This document shows positions 1 through 10,679 of a stretch of 64,000 nucleotides of DNA, one piece after another. Numbering within the stretch: the first letter of the stretch is position 1; each line of letters opens with the position of its first letter. A program made the position numbers and the translations under genes. This DNA comes from Candidatus Tayloriibacteriota bacterium (lineage in GTDB: Bacteria > Patescibacteriota > Minisyncoccia > Phycocordibacterales > PALSA-1337): positions 3,502-67,501 of the forward strand of contig JBPOID010000003.1 of the NCBI GenBank assembly GCA_052034805.1, read 5' to 3'. The notes under the pieces are model-generated. The model was not told the origin of the DNA and did not search any database. It worked only from the letters and a program-made list of their open reading frames with translations.

Positions 1-230
1 TATTCTTAACACCAGTTATATATCCATCTAGTATTGCTGGTAAATATTCATGGATAATGGCTATAAATCCAATGACAGGTGTAATACAGAATGCACGTGC
101 CGCACTTATAGGAACAACACCTATTAATTGGATATTAATACTCATATCATTCATAGCATGTCTAATATTGATGCTGATAGGTATATATGTATTTAAAAAG
201 ATTGAAAGGTTCTTTGCAGATATAATATAA
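1..230 (+). CDS. wzm: ABC-2 type polysaccharide exporter permease, C-terminal part (5' truncated by window)
   Basis: Frame from nt 3 reads FLTPVIYPSS...AINPMTGVIQNARAAL...IERFFADII*. TPVIYP/NPM motifs of Wzm; lies directly upstream of Wzt. Confidence 0.9.
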   Translation, partial: FLTPVIYPSSIAGKYSWIMAINPMTGVIQNARAALIGTTPINWILILISFIACLILMLIGIYVFKKIERFFADII

Positions 231-234
231 AAAA

Positions 235-1497
235 ATGGAAAAAGAAACAGTTATAGAAATAAAGAATATAGGTAAAAAATATAGGATTAATCATGAATCT
301 GGTAGATATATTACTTTAAGAGATATTATTACAAACATAATAATTAGTCCTTTACAATTCCTAAAAAAGAAAACAAAACAAATAGTTGGGTTTGAAAAGA
401 AAGAAGAATTCTGGGCACTTAAAGATGTAAGTTTTAATGTAAAAAGAGGAGAAGTTATTGGGATCATAGGTAGAAATGGCGCTGGTAAATCTACCCTTCT
501 TAAAATACTTTCACAAATTACCCCACCAACTATAGGTGAAATAAAAATAGATGGAAAAGTTAGTAGTTTACTAGAAGTCGGAACAGGTTTTCATCCAGAA
601 CTTACTGGACGTGAAAATGTCTTTCTAAATGGCGCAATATTAGGAATGACAAAAAAAGAAATGGTAAGAAAATTCAATAAAATAGTAGAATTTGCTGGCG
701 TAGAGAAATTCATAGATACTCCAGTAAAATACTATTCTAGCGGTATGTATGTAAGACTAGCTTTCTCTGTAGCAGCACATATGGATCCAGATATACTTAT
801 AATAGATGAGGTCTTGGCTGTTGGAGATGCTGAATTCCAAAAAAGATGTTTAGAGAAAATGGAAGATATAACAAAAAGAGAGAAAAGGACTATATTATTT
901 GTAAGTCATAATCTAGCTACGGTACAAAAACTATGTAGTAGAGTTGTTCTACTTGAAAATGGTAAAGTAAAAAATATAGGTAATACCAGTAGCATGATAG
1001 ATTATTATTTAAATAATAGAAATGATGAAAAGATAACAAAAACCAATAGTAGTTCATCAAATAGTATTAAACTTACAGGTATTAAAATCTTTAATTCTGA
1101 AGATTCAACAAGAATTAAAAGTGGTGATAAATTAAAAATAATACTTTCTTACAGTAGTAATATTAAAACAGACATAGAGAATGTAAGAGTATACATAACT
1201 GTAATAAGTGCCCTATCAGGTAAAAATGTATTAAGACTAGATAGTTATGTAACATCAAAATCACTTGGTAATAAAATAACTCCTAATGGTGAAATAATCT
1301 GCGAGACAGATAATGCAAATCTTATAGATGGAGAATACTTAATCAATACAGATTTATGTGTTAATAATATAAATGTAGATCATATAGAAAAAGCTACAGG
1401 ATTTAATATTGAACCTAATAAAGAGAGGTTTGATTATAAAGAAGATCCAGACAAGAATGCATGCGATAATATGATAAAATTTAGCTTCAGACAATAG
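235..1497 (+). CDS. wzt: Polysaccharide ABC exporter ATP-binding subunit with C-terminal Wzt_C-like domain
   Basis: Walker A GRNGAGKST, YSSGM signature, IDEVLAVGD Walker B, ~170-aa C-terminal extension. Confidence 0.93.
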   Translation: MEKETVIEIKNIGKKYRINHESGRYITLRDIITNIIISPLQFLKKKTKQIVGFEKKEEFWALKDVSFNVKRGEVIGIIGRNGAGKSTLLKILSQITPPTIGEIKIDGKVSSLLEVGTGFHPELTGRENVFLNGAILGMTKKEMVRKFNKIVEFAGVEKFIDTPVKYYSSGMYVRLAFSVAAHMDPDILIIDEVLAVGDAEFQKRCLEKMEDITKREKRTILFVSHNLATVQKLCSRVVLLENGKVKNIGNTSSMIDYYLNNRNDEKITKTNSSSSNSIKLTGIKIFNSEDSTRIKSGDKLKIILSYSSNIKTDIENVRVYITVISALSGKNVLRLDSYVTSKSLGNKITPNGEIICETDNANLIDGEYLINTDLCVNNINVDHIEKATGFNIEPNKERFDYKEDPDKNACDNMIKFSFRQ

Positions 1498-1501
1498 AAA
1501 A

Positions 1502-4500
1502 ATGCATAAAAATGAAAATAAATTAATAAGCGTATGCATACCAACATATGAAATGTATGGTCATGGTCATATTTTCCTAGAACATAGTTTACAAATCTTA
1601 TCTAAACAAACATTCAAAAAATTTAATGTAATTATATCCGATTATTCAAAAGATAATCTTATAGAAAATGTCTGTAAAAAATATACTAATATATTAGATA
1701 TAAAATATATTAAGAATAATAATCCCGTAATCGGCATGTCATTGAATATAAATAATTCAATCTTTAATGCTGATGGTGATTTAATAAAAATATTATTTCT
1801 AGACGATTTTCTATATGATGATAAATCCCTAGAGAAAATAGCTAATAATTTCAATTTAAAAAAAGATAAGTGGATGGTAACAGCTTGTATACATTCAAAT
1901 GATGGTAAGACTTTTGAAAATATTCATTACCCACAAAATAATAAAAATATTCACCTAGGTAAAAATACCATAGGCTCACCTTCTGTATTGACCATCAGAA
2001 AAGACTGTTTGATAGATTTTGATACTAATTTAAAATGGTTTGTAGATTGTGACTATTATAAAAGATGTTATGAGAAATATGGTAATCCGAAAATATTAAA
2101 TGATATTACAGTAGTTATAAGAACTGGTGAACATCAAATAACAAACACTGAAGTAAATAATGAATTAAAAATAAAAGAATCAAATTATTTGAGAGAAAAA
2201 TATAATATTAAAAATAAAAGACTAAATTTAAACAATGTTACATTGGTTGCAGTATCAGGGATAAATCCAAAAAATGCAGTAAAAGCATTAGAAATATCAA
2301 TGGAAAATATCGATTATCATGAGATTTTACTTATTTCACACTATTCACCAGAAAATCTAGACAAAAGAATAACTTTCAAAAAATGTAAGGATACAGAATT
2401 AATGAATCGAGATCCAAAAAACACTAATGATTATAGTAAATTCATAGCTTATGATTTATATAAATATATAAATAGTGATTATGTACTTATAGTACATAAC
2501 GATGCTTATGTATTAAGACCACATAAATGGGATAATAGATTTTATGATTATGATTATATAGGTGCACCATGGCCTCCAAATATACATTATACAAATGAAG
2601 GGGAAAATATAAGAGTTGGTAATGGTGGATTTTCATTTCGAAGTAAAAAGATGTTAAATGCTCTTAATGAATTGAAATTACCTTTTACAGACAACGGTAC
2701 CGGATATTATAATGAAGATGGAATCATATGTGTATATTATAGAAAAAAGTTAGAAGAATACGGGATTAAATATGCTCCAGTATCAATAGCATCAATTTTT
2801 AGCCATGAATTAGATTGTAATGATTCAGAATCTAAACCATTTGGATTTCATAATAACAAAAAAGTTATACCATTTTTATTCTTACTTGTATTTAATATAA
2901 ATAAATTCAGAAAAAACAAAAAAATGATGATCAAAAATTATATAAAGAAAATCAAGATAATAGTTTGGCCCATAGTAAAAACTCTTAGAGCAATAAAAAA
3001 GAAAAAAAGGGAAACTTTTAATAAAAAAAGTATATCTAGATTATTTCCAAACGGAATAAAGACGATGATTGAAATAGGTACAGCAAACGGTGATGATACT
3101 TTAGATTTTCTAAAATTATTTAATTCTAAAGACTTTAAAATATTCGGCTTTGAACCAGAACCTAAAAATATTGAAATAATAAAAAATAATATAGAAGATC
3201 CTCGTTTCAAATTATTTGAAGGAGTGGTTTCCGATATTGATGGTAAATTAACATTTAATAGATCTAGAAATGATGATCCAAACGGCTTGTCTCTCTCTGG
3301 TTCGATAATGAAGCCTAAAAATCATTTAAAACTATGGAGTTCTATATATTTTGACCAAACAATTGATGTAAAATCAATAACACTTGATACTTTTGTTAAA
3401 GAAAATAATATAGATGAAATAGACTTTATCTGGTGTGATGTACAAGGTGCAGAAGAAAAAGTGATTCTAGGCGGAAAAGAGACTTTTAAAAATAAAGTTA
3501 AATATCTTTATACTGAATATTCTAATGACGAACAATATGAAAATCAGCCAAATAAAAATAAAATACTTAAATTACTTCCTGATTTCGAAATCGTGAAAGA
3601 TTTCGGTACTGATATTCTATTAAGAAATAAAAATATGATTTCTAATCGTTTTGAGAAATATCCAAAACTAACCCTAATAACATCCATATTAATAGTATTC
3701 ATTATATTAGATCTTATAATTGGAAGTATGTTCTTACCTAAAGGAATAAGATCTGATAATCGAGTAGAAAGTCCTTATTTTAATCATACACTTAATGCTA
3801 ATTATAATGGTAAAGATTCATGGACAGCCGGTGAATACCCTTTAATAACAAACAGTTTAGGTTTCAAAGATAGAATTGTAAGAAATATAAATTCAACAAC
3901 AACGAAAGAACGTATAATTTTTATTGGTGATTCTTTTACCGAAGGTATAGGAATACCTTATGAGGAAACATTTGTAGGCTTAATCGATAAAGAATTAGAT
4001 TCAAAAAAATATGAGGTGCTTAATGCTGGAGTAGTATCTTATTCACCCTATATATATTATTTAAAAACAAAATATCTTATAGAACATGGACTAAAATTTA
4101 ATGAATTGGTGGTATTTAATGATATATCTGATGTGCAAGATGAAATAACATATCAAGATTGGAAACCTTCTAATCCAAATCAAATCCAATTAATATGGAA
4201 TAGTATTATAAAGAATACAGATTTCTTCTTAGAACATCATTCATTAATATATTTACACGGCATTAGACCTATTATATTTGGCGTGCAGACAAAAAGAATT
4301 AAAAAAATTTTCCTAGGAGCAAAATCTGATACAGATAAGATAACAGAGAAAGATAAAGAATATCTTAACAATAGAGGACGATGGACATTTGATGATAAGG
4401 TTTATGAAGAATGGGGTAAAAAAGGATTAGATCTTGAGATCAAACACATGAATGAATTATATGAATTATGTAAAAAAAATAATATAAAATTATCAATAGC

Positions 4501-4756
4501 GGTTTATCCTTGGCCAGATCAAATCATAAATAATGATTTATATTCAAGACAGGTTACAGTTTGGGAGAAATTCGCCAAGAATCATAAAATTGATTTCTAT
4601 AACTTATTCCCTATCTTTATTGATAATGGTTTAGAGAAAAGCAAAACTGTAGAAAATTATTTCTTACCACACAATGATGTCCATTGGAATAGTTTCGGAC
4701 ATAGAATAGTTGCAAATGAATGGTTAAGACAATATATTATAAATAATAATAAATAA
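1502..4756 (+). CDS. Multidomain fusion: GT2 glycosyltransferase + DUF5672-like + FkbM methyltransferase + TM + SGNH/GDSL hydrolase
   Basis: SVCIPTY/LFLDD (GT2); YDYIGAPW..VGNGGFSFRS (DUF5672-like); EIGTANG, FEPEP, DVQGAE (FkbM); TM near aa 722-742; GDSFTEG and DVHWN (SGNH). Confidence 0.75.
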   Translation: MHKNENKLISVCIPTYEMYGHGHIFLEHSLQILSKQTFKKFNVIISDYSKDNLIENVCKKYTNILDIKYIKNNNPVIGMSLNINNSIFNADGDLIKILFLDDFLYDDKSLEKIANNFNLKKDKWMVTACIHSNDGKTFENIHYPQNNKNIHLGKNTIGSPSVLTIRKDCLIDFDTNLKWFVDCDYYKRCYEKYGNPKILNDITVVIRTGEHQITNTEVNNELKIKESNYLREKYNIKNKRLNLNNVTLVAVSGINPKNAVKALEISMENIDYHEILLISHYSPENLDKRITFKKCKDTELMNRDPKNTNDYSKFIAYDLYKYINSDYVLIVHNDAYVLRPHKWDNRFYDYDYIGAPWPPNIHYTNEGENIRVGNGGFSFRSKKMLNALNELKLPFTDNGTGYYNEDGIICVYYRKKLEEYGIKYAPVSIASIFSHELDCNDSESKPFGFHNNKKVIPFLFLLVFNINKFRKNKKMMIKNYIKKIKIIVWPIVKTLRAIKKKKRETFNKKSISRLFPNGIKTMIEIGTANGDDTLDFLKLFNSKDFKIFGFEPEPKNIEIIKNNIEDPRFKLFEGVVSDIDGKLTFNRSRNDDPNGLSLSGSIMKPKNHLKLWSSIYFDQTIDVKSITLDTFVKENNIDEIDFIWCDVQGAEEKVILGGKETFKNKVKYLYTEYSNDEQYENQPNKNKILKLLPDFEIVKDFGTDILLRNKNMISNRFEKYPKLTLITSILIVFIILDLIIGSMFLPKGIRSDNRVESPYFNHTLNANYNGKDSWTAGEYPLITNSLGFKDRIVRNINSTTTKERIIFIGDSFTEGIGIPYEETFVGLIDKELDSKKYEVLNAGVVSYSPYIYYLKTKYLIEHGLKFNELVVFNDISDVQDEITYQDWKPSNPNQIQLIWNSIIKNTDFFLEHHSLIYLHGIRPIIFGVQTKRIKKIFLGAKSDTDKITEKDKEYLNNRGRWTFDDKVYEEWGKKGLDLEIKHMNELYELCKKNNIKLSIAVYPWPDQIINNDLYSRQVTVWEKFAKNHKIDFYNLFPIFIDNGLEKSKTVENYFLPHNDVHWNSFGHRIVANEWLRQYIINNNK

Positions 4757-4757
4757 A

Positions 4758-6581
4758 ATGAATATTCTCGGAATATCAGCTTATTATCACGATAGTGCAG
4801 CCTGTTTAATACAGAATGGTAAAATAGTAGCAGCTGCTCAAGAAGAACGTTTTACTAGAAAAAAACATGATGATAAATTTCCTAAAAATGCTGTTAATTA
4901 TTGTCTTGAGCAAGGTAAAATACATATATCTGATATAGATTATGTTGTCTTTTACGAAAAGCCCTTCTTAAAATTTGAAAGAATATTAGAAACATATTTA
5001 TCTGTGGCACCATTTGGTATTTCTTCTTTCATAAAAGCTATACCAACATGGTTGAAAAATAAATTATGGCTTAGATTAAATATAGCAAACGAATTAAATT
5101 ATAAAGGAAAAATACTCTTTACAGAACATCACGAATCACATGCCGGATCTGCATTTTTCCCTTCACCATTTGAAAGAGCGGCTTTCTTAACTCTTGATGG
5201 TGTAGGAGAACATACAACAACAAGTTATGGAGTAGGAGAAAAAAATAAAATAAAAATATTATCTGAATTAAGTTTTCCACATTCATTAGGAATGCTTTAT
5301 TCAGCTTTTACTTATTATACTGGTTTTAAAGTTAATTCTGGTGAATATAAAATTATGGGATTGGCACCATATGGTGAATCAAAATATGTAGATATTATCT
5401 TAGAAAATCTGATTGATTTAAAAGAAGATGGTTCTTTCCATTTAAATATGGATTATTTCAATTTTACCAAAGGTTTAACAATGACAAATAATAAATTTTC
5501 AAAATTATTTGGTGGAGATCCTAGAAAACCAGAATCCCCTCTTACTCAAAAAGAAATGGATATAGCCAAATCAATTCAAGATGTCACAGATATTATTTTA
5601 ATAAAAATAGCAAAACATATAAAAAAAGTTACCGGAGAAACAAATCTAGTACTTGCCGGTGGTGTAGCTTTGAATTGTGTTAGTAATGGTAAACTCTTAC
5701 GTTCTAATATATTCAAAAATATATGGGTGCAACCAGCATCAGGTGACGCTGGTGGAGCTTTAGGATCAGCTCTATTTGTATGGTATCAATATTTAAATAA
5801 TAAAAGAGATGTAGATGAAATAAATGATTCAATGAATGGTTCTTATTTAGGACCAGAATATTCTAATTCAGAAATTAAAAAATATTTAGAGACCAATTCT
5901 ATTCCTCACAGAGAACTTTCAGATGAAGATATTCCAGAAATAATATCTGATTTGATAAATAAACAAGGAGTAATCGGCTGGTTTCAAGGACGTATGGAAT
6001 TCGGACCAAGAGCTTTAGGTGCTCGTTCAATAATAGGTGATGCTAGATCTCCGAAGATGCAAGACACTATGAATCTAAAAATAAAATTTCGAGAAAGCTT
6101 TAGACCTTTTGCACCCTCAGTATTGAGAGAGAAAGTATCTGATTATTTCGAAATAGAAAAAAACTATAATAGTCCTTATATGCTTATTGTGGCTAATATT
6201 AGAAAAGAGCACCGTAAAAAAACAGTAGAAAATAAAAATAGACTTTTTGGTATTGATCTTCTGAATGTTGTACGTTCTGATATACCAGCAATAACACATG
6301 TAGATTATTCAGCTAGACTACAAACAGTGGACGATTCAACAAATCCTCTTTATTATAGAATGATATCAGCTTTCAATAGAAAATATAATTGTCCAGTTAT
6401 AATAAATACATCTTTTAACGTACGAGGTGAACCCATAGTGTGTACACCGAAAGATGCTTATATGTGTTTTATGAGAACAAATATAGATTATCTTATAATG
6501 GGCAATTATCTTGTAGATAAAAGTAAACAAGAAAAGATTGATAATGATTCCGATTGGAAAAGAGAATTTGTATTAGATTAA
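4758..6581 (+). CDS. O-carbamoyltransferase, NodU/CmcH/SxtI family
   Basis: HDSAA, EERFTRKKHD, HHESHA, AGGVALN, EFGPRALGARSI, KFRESFRPFAP, NTSFNVRGEPIV. Confidence 0.95.
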   Translation: MNILGISAYYHDSAACLIQNGKIVAAAQEERFTRKKHDDKFPKNAVNYCLEQGKIHISDIDYVVFYEKPFLKFERILETYLSVAPFGISSFIKAIPTWLKNKLWLRLNIANELNYKGKILFTEHHESHAGSAFFPSPFERAAFLTLDGVGEHTTTSYGVGEKNKIKILSELSFPHSLGMLYSAFTYYTGFKVNSGEYKIMGLAPYGESKYVDIILENLIDLKEDGSFHLNMDYFNFTKGLTMTNNKFSKLFGGDPRKPESPLTQKEMDIAKSIQDVTDIILIKIAKHIKKVTGETNLVLAGGVALNCVSNGKLLRSNIFKNIWVQPASGDAGGALGSALFVWYQYLNNKRDVDEINDSMNGSYLGPEYSNSEIKKYLETNSIPHRELSDEDIPEIISDLINKQGVIGWFQGRMEFGPRALGARSIIGDARSPKMQDTMNLKIKFRESFRPFAPSVLREKVSDYFEIEKNYNSPYMLIVANIRKEHRKKTVENKNRLFGIDLLNVVRSDIPAITHVDYSARLQTVDDSTNPLYYRMISAFNRKYNCPVIINTSFNVRGEPIVCTPKDAYMCFMRTNIDYLIMGNYLVDKSKQEKIDNDSDWKREFVLD

Positions 6582-6591
6582 TAAAATAATT

Positions 6592-7014
6592 ATGATCGAA
6601 GAATTCAAAAAAATACAAAGCAATAAAAAAGATTTGAGAAACTTTGGCTTGTTAATTGGATCTATTCTATTTTTATTTGGTGTATATATCTATTACAAGC
6701 ATAATGTAAATTATATTTATATAATATCTCTCGGTTTACTGCTTATAATATTTGGATTAATAGTACCTAAAATTCTTAAACCATTTCAGAAAATATGGAT
6801 GGGTACTGCAATAATATTAGGTTTTATTATTACACATGTGATTCTTATTTTATTCTTTTATCTATGTGTTACACCACTTTCGCTTATTGCAAAAATATTT
6901 AATAAAAAATTCTCTGATTTATCATTCAAAAATAAGAAAAATAAATCTAATACATATTGGGAATGTAGAAAAGACAATGAAGACAGTGAAAATCGACTAG
7001 AAAAACAGTTTTAG
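6592..7014 (+). CDS. SxtJ-like membrane protein
   Basis: KDLRNFG, hydrophobic helices, C-terminal YW...LEKQF; follows the carbamoyltransferase. Confidence 0.8.
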   Translation: MIEEFKKIQSNKKDLRNFGLLIGSILFLFGVYIYYKHNVNYIYIISLGLLLIIFGLIVPKILKPFQKIWMGTAIILGFIITHVILILFFYLCVTPLSLIAKIFNKKFSDLSFKNKKNKSNTYWECRKDNEDSENRLEKQF

Positions 7015-7038
7015 TTAATATATAATAGCTGATAAATT

Positions 7039-7197
7039 ATGAATAAAATCAACATATTAAAAGAATTATATAGTTTCTTAAAAGCAAGAAAAAAGTGGTG
7101 GCTTATACCAATAGCCATATTCTTGATCATTCTTAGTGCTTTTATATTTCTCTCACATGGTTCTGTACTTGCACCTTTCGTCTATACCCTATTCTAA
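7039..7197 (+). CDS. SxtK/DUF5989-like small membrane protein (52 aa; absent from ORF track)
   Basis: MNKINILKELYSFLKARKKWWLIPIAIFLIILSAFIFLSHGSVLAPFVYTLF*. RKKWWL and APFVYTLF are family hallmarks. Confidence 0.85.
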   Translation: MNKINILKELYSFLKARKKWWLIPIAIFLIILSAFIFLSHGSVLAPFVYTLF

Positions 7198-7208
7198 ATC
7201 TAAATCAT

Positions 7209-8249
7209 ATGATCTGTAATGAATTATATAATGGTCAAGGATTAGGAAATCAATTATGGAATTATGTTTTAACCAGAATTATAGCGGATAAAAAAAATAT
7301 AGAATATTCTATTCTGGGAAAAGAAAAATTTAAAGGAGAAGAATTTATTGATATTGATTTTGGCCAGACCTTATCTTGTGGTTTTTCCCCTGAGGGAGGA
7401 CCACCTCATAGATTGCCGAAAGGAATTAAGAATTATTATAGAGAACGCAGAGAAAATCTATTAGATACTAAGATAGATATATCTAGAACTGATTATAAAT
7501 TATTTGATTTACCATTAAATACAAAATTCGACGGTAATTGTCAATCAACAAAATATCTAGAGGGGTATCGAGATAAAATACTATCATGGATAAAAATAAA
7601 AGATAATTACAAAATACAAAAATTAGTAGAAAATAATTGTGTAATACACATACGTTGTGGTGATTTTAAATCAATTAGAGATGTATTTTTACCAAAAGAA
7701 TACTACAAAATGTCTATGGATTATATTAGAAATATAAATCCTGAGGTTAAATTCTATTGCGTAACAGATGAAAAAGAGGAAGCAGAGAAAATATTATCAG
7801 GAATTGAAGTAATAGGTTCTTCTATAGTTAATACTCATGATAATAAAAGAGCATCTCATCATAAAGGTGGAAATATTGCTATTGATTTTTCTATATTAAT
7901 GAATGCAAAATATCTAATAATACCTAATTCTAGTTTCTCTTGGTGGGCAGCATATTTAAATACAAAGAAAAAATTAGTAATAGCTCCAAAATATTGGGCG
8001 GCATATAATAAATCTGATGGTTATTGGTCTACCGAAGATATCATAACTAATGACTTCTTATATATGGACAGAGAAGGTAAAATATATACAGCAAAACAAT
8101 GTTCTGAAGAAAAAGAAGAATATGAATCAAAACATCAAGAAATATTCGTGGAGGGAGATTTGGATAAAAGGAAAATAGTAAGTAAATCAAAAATAATTAA
8201 AAAAAAGATTAAAGATTTTTACTATAATAAAATCAGAAAATATATATGA
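7209..8249 (+). CDS. GT11 (alpha-1,2-fucosyltransferase-like) glycosyltransferase
   Basis: GLGNQL, HIRCGD, NSSFSWWAAYL. Confidence 0.85.
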   Translation: MICNELYNGQGLGNQLWNYVLTRIIADKKNIEYSILGKEKFKGEEFIDIDFGQTLSCGFSPEGGPPHRLPKGIKNYYRERRENLLDTKIDISRTDYKLFDLPLNTKFDGNCQSTKYLEGYRDKILSWIKIKDNYKIQKLVENNCVIHIRCGDFKSIRDVFLPKEYYKMSMDYIRNINPEVKFYCVTDEKEEAEKILSGIEVIGSSIVNTHDNKRASHHKGGNIAIDFSILMNAKYLIIPNSSFSWWAAYLNTKKKLVIAPKYWAAYNKSDGYWSTEDIITNDFLYMDREGKIYTAKQCSEEKEEYESKHQEIFVEGDLDKRKIVSKSKIIKKKIKDFYYNKIRKYI

Positions 8250-9358
8250 AAGTAAAGATATTTACGATCGCAAATATAAGACCAGATTTTATAGAAATTC
8301 AATATGAATCGATTAAAAAGTTTCTAAAAGATAAAGACTTTGAATTTATTGTCTACAATAATTCATTTAACAATAAAAAAAGATATGAGTTAATTGAAAA
8401 TATATGTAGAAAATTGAAAATAGAAAATATAAAAGTAAATCATTATAGAGATAATAAAAATGATGCTAGTTTAATAGTAGCTGATAGTTTAAATTATATT
8501 TGGAATAAATATCTAAAATATGAAAAAGATATTTTATTGTATATCGATTCAGATATGTTCTTGATAAAAGATACATCAGTGGAAGAATTAATGAGAAATT
8601 ATGATTTCGCTTTTATATCGAACTATCGTGGCAAAGACTTTGAAATAAAGTATCCATGGACTGGTTTTATGATATTTAATATGAATACATTACCCAATCC
8701 AATAGAATTAAAATGGGATACAGGAATAATATTTGGGAATAGAGTTGATGTGGGTGGACTCAATCATTATTATCTATCAAAATATGAAAATAGGATAAGA
8801 ATATTAAATCTGGAGATGTGGACATTAAATGATATAGATTATCGTGATAATAATATTAAAAATATAAAAGGTAGTATAAATGGTAATGCTCAATTATCTT
8901 TATCTATTGATAAAGATAATAAATTGATTGAATTTAATATAAATGATATACATTTATCAAGAAATAGATTATTCCCTTATCAGAAAGAAAATGAAAAATA
9001 TGGAGAAATAGTGAAAAATAATTATATAGAATTCGAAAAATATATTAAAGATAATAATCTAAATTTCCCTAAGCCTATATATATAGATTTGATAAAGACT
9101 TATGAATCAAAATTTAATGATTGTTTTATATTACATTATAAATCAGGCAGTAATTGGTTAAACTTTTCAACAAAAGAATATAATCATAAAAAAACTGAGG
9201 CATTAGTTTATCTTATGAAAAAATTAGGTGTAAATATTACAAAAAACAATATTTATGATGATAATGATCTTTATACTGATGATAAAAAATATATTTATTC
9301 AAGTAAAATGAAATTATATAATTTATATAGAAGAATAATAAATAAAATAATAAAATGA
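8246..9358 (+). CDS. Putative GT-A fold glycosyltransferase / hypothetical protein
   Basis: YIDSDMF DxD motif; ATGA-coupled within the glycan operon. Confidence 0.55.
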   Translation: MKVKIFTIANIRPDFIEIQYESIKKFLKDKDFEFIVYNNSFNNKKRYELIENICRKLKIENIKVNHYRDNKNDASLIVADSLNYIWNKYLKYEKDILLYIDSDMFLIKDTSVEELMRNYDFAFISNYRGKDFEIKYPWTGFMIFNMNTLPNPIELKWDTGIIFGNRVDVGGLNHYYLSKYENRIRILNLEMWTLNDIDYRDNNIKNIKGSINGNAQLSLSIDKDNKLIEFNINDIHLSRNRLFPYQKENEKYGEIVKNNYIEFEKYIKDNNLNFPKPIYIDLIKTYESKFNDCFILHYKSGSNWLNFSTKEYNHKKTEALVYLMKKLGVNITKNNIYDDNDLYTDDKKYIYSSKMKLYNLYRRIINKIIK

Positions 9359-10152
9359 ATAAAACATACGATATATTTTCATTTTTCAATGAATTAGATA
9401 TGTTAGAAATAAGATTGAATATCTTAGATAAATTTGTAGATTATTTCGTAATAGTAGAAGCAACAGAAACATTTACAGGTCAATCAAAGCCTCTTTATTA
9501 TAAAGAAAACAAAGAGAGATTTTCTAAATGGAATCATAAAATAATACATTATATAGTAGATGATTATCCAAATGATAAAAATATATGCGAATTAGCAAAT
9601 AAAAGTCCTAATGTACCTAAAGATGGACCAATACATTGGCATAGAGAATTTTATCAAAAAGAAAGTATAAAAAAAGCACTTATAGGATTAAATGATGAGG
9701 ATGTATGTTTTGTAGGAGATGTAGATGAGATATGGAATTATAATAAAGATTATCACCTATTAGATAATGATATATTTAAATTGAGATTAGAAGTATATTC
9801 ATACTATTTCAACAATCATTCAAATGAAGAATTTGCTGGAACAATAGTTACAAAATATAAAAATATAAAAAATAATTGCTTAAATCATCTCAGAACTCAT
9901 AATTTAAAATATTTAGACAATGGTGGTTGGCATTTCACTAATATTGGTGGATTAGAACAAATAAAGAAAAAATTAAATGCTTCTTATACGGAAGATAGTT
10001 ATAATACAGAAGATGTAAGAAAAAATCTAGAAAAAAGATTGAATGAAAATAAGGATTATATGGGAAGAAAATTCAAATTCACAATAAGCGAAAAAAACCT
10101 ACCTGTGTATTTATTAGAAAATAAAGAAAAGTATAGTAAACTCTTTAAATAG
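9355..10152 (+). CDS. GT17-like (MGAT3-type N-acetylglucosaminyltransferase) protein
   Basis: FFNELDMLEIRL, VEATETFTG, GDVDEI, GGWHF. Confidence 0.8.
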   Translation: MNKTYDIFSFFNELDMLEIRLNILDKFVDYFVIVEATETFTGQSKPLYYKENKERFSKWNHKIIHYIVDDYPNDKNICELANKSPNVPKDGPIHWHREFYQKESIKKALIGLNDEDVCFVGDVDEIWNYNKDYHLLDNDIFKLRLEVYSYYFNNHSNEEFAGTIVTKYKNIKNNCLNHLRTHNLKYLDNGGWHFTNIGGLEQIKKKLNASYTEDSYNTEDVRKNLEKRLNENKDYMGRKFKFTISEKNLPVYLLENKEKYSKLFK

Positions 10153-10154
10153 AT

Positions 10155-10679
10155 ATGCCATTTTCCTTCAAAAAATTAAATATTCCAGATATTATCCTTA
10201 TAGAGCCTACAGTGATGAAAGATGAGCGTGGTTTCTTTATGGAAACATATAAATCGAGTATTTTTAAAGAGAATAATATACCTGAATTTGTACAAGAAAA
10301 TCACTCTTATTCAATTAAAGGTGTTATTAGAGGTATGCATTATCAGATAGCTCCAAAAGCACAAGGAAAATTAGTAAGATGCGTAAAAGGAGAGATACTT
10401 GACATAGCTCTTGATATAAGAGAAAATTCACCGACAAGATATTCATTTGTTAAGGTAATACTTTCAAGTGAAAATAGATTAGAATTATACATACCAGAAG
10501 GATTTGCACATGGATTCTGTGTATTGAGTGATGAAGCAGAAATAGTATATAAATGCACTTCAGAATATTCAAAAGAACATGAAAGAGGAATATTGTGGAA
10601 TGATAAGAAATTAAACATAGATTGGCCTATAAAAGATCCCGTAATATCAGAAAAAGATAAAATATATAAACCATTATGA
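10155..10679 (+). CDS. rfbC: dTDP-4-dehydrorhamnose 3,5-epimerase
   Basis: DERGFFME, QENHS, GVIRGMHYQ, QGKLV, GFAHGF. Confidence 0.93.
   Translation: MPFSFKKLNIPDIILIEPTVMKDERGFFMETYKSSIFKENNIPEFVQENHSYSIKGVIRGMHYQIAPKAQGKLVRCVKGEILDIALDIRENSPTRYSFVKVILSSENRLELYIPEGFAHGFCVLSDEAEIVYKCTSEYSKEHERGILWNDKKLNIDWPIKDPVISEKDKIYKPL

Noticed and set aside
1502-4756. Stop-codon reassignment (code 25) as the cause of long fused ORFs
   Set aside because: The frame has no internal stops, and TGA ends several genes in ATGA overlaps (8249, 9358, 10679), consistent with code 11
4758-7197. Saxitoxin biosynthesis
   Set aside because: Only the accessory I/J/K(L)-like genes are present; no sxtA, sxtG or sxtB-like core genes
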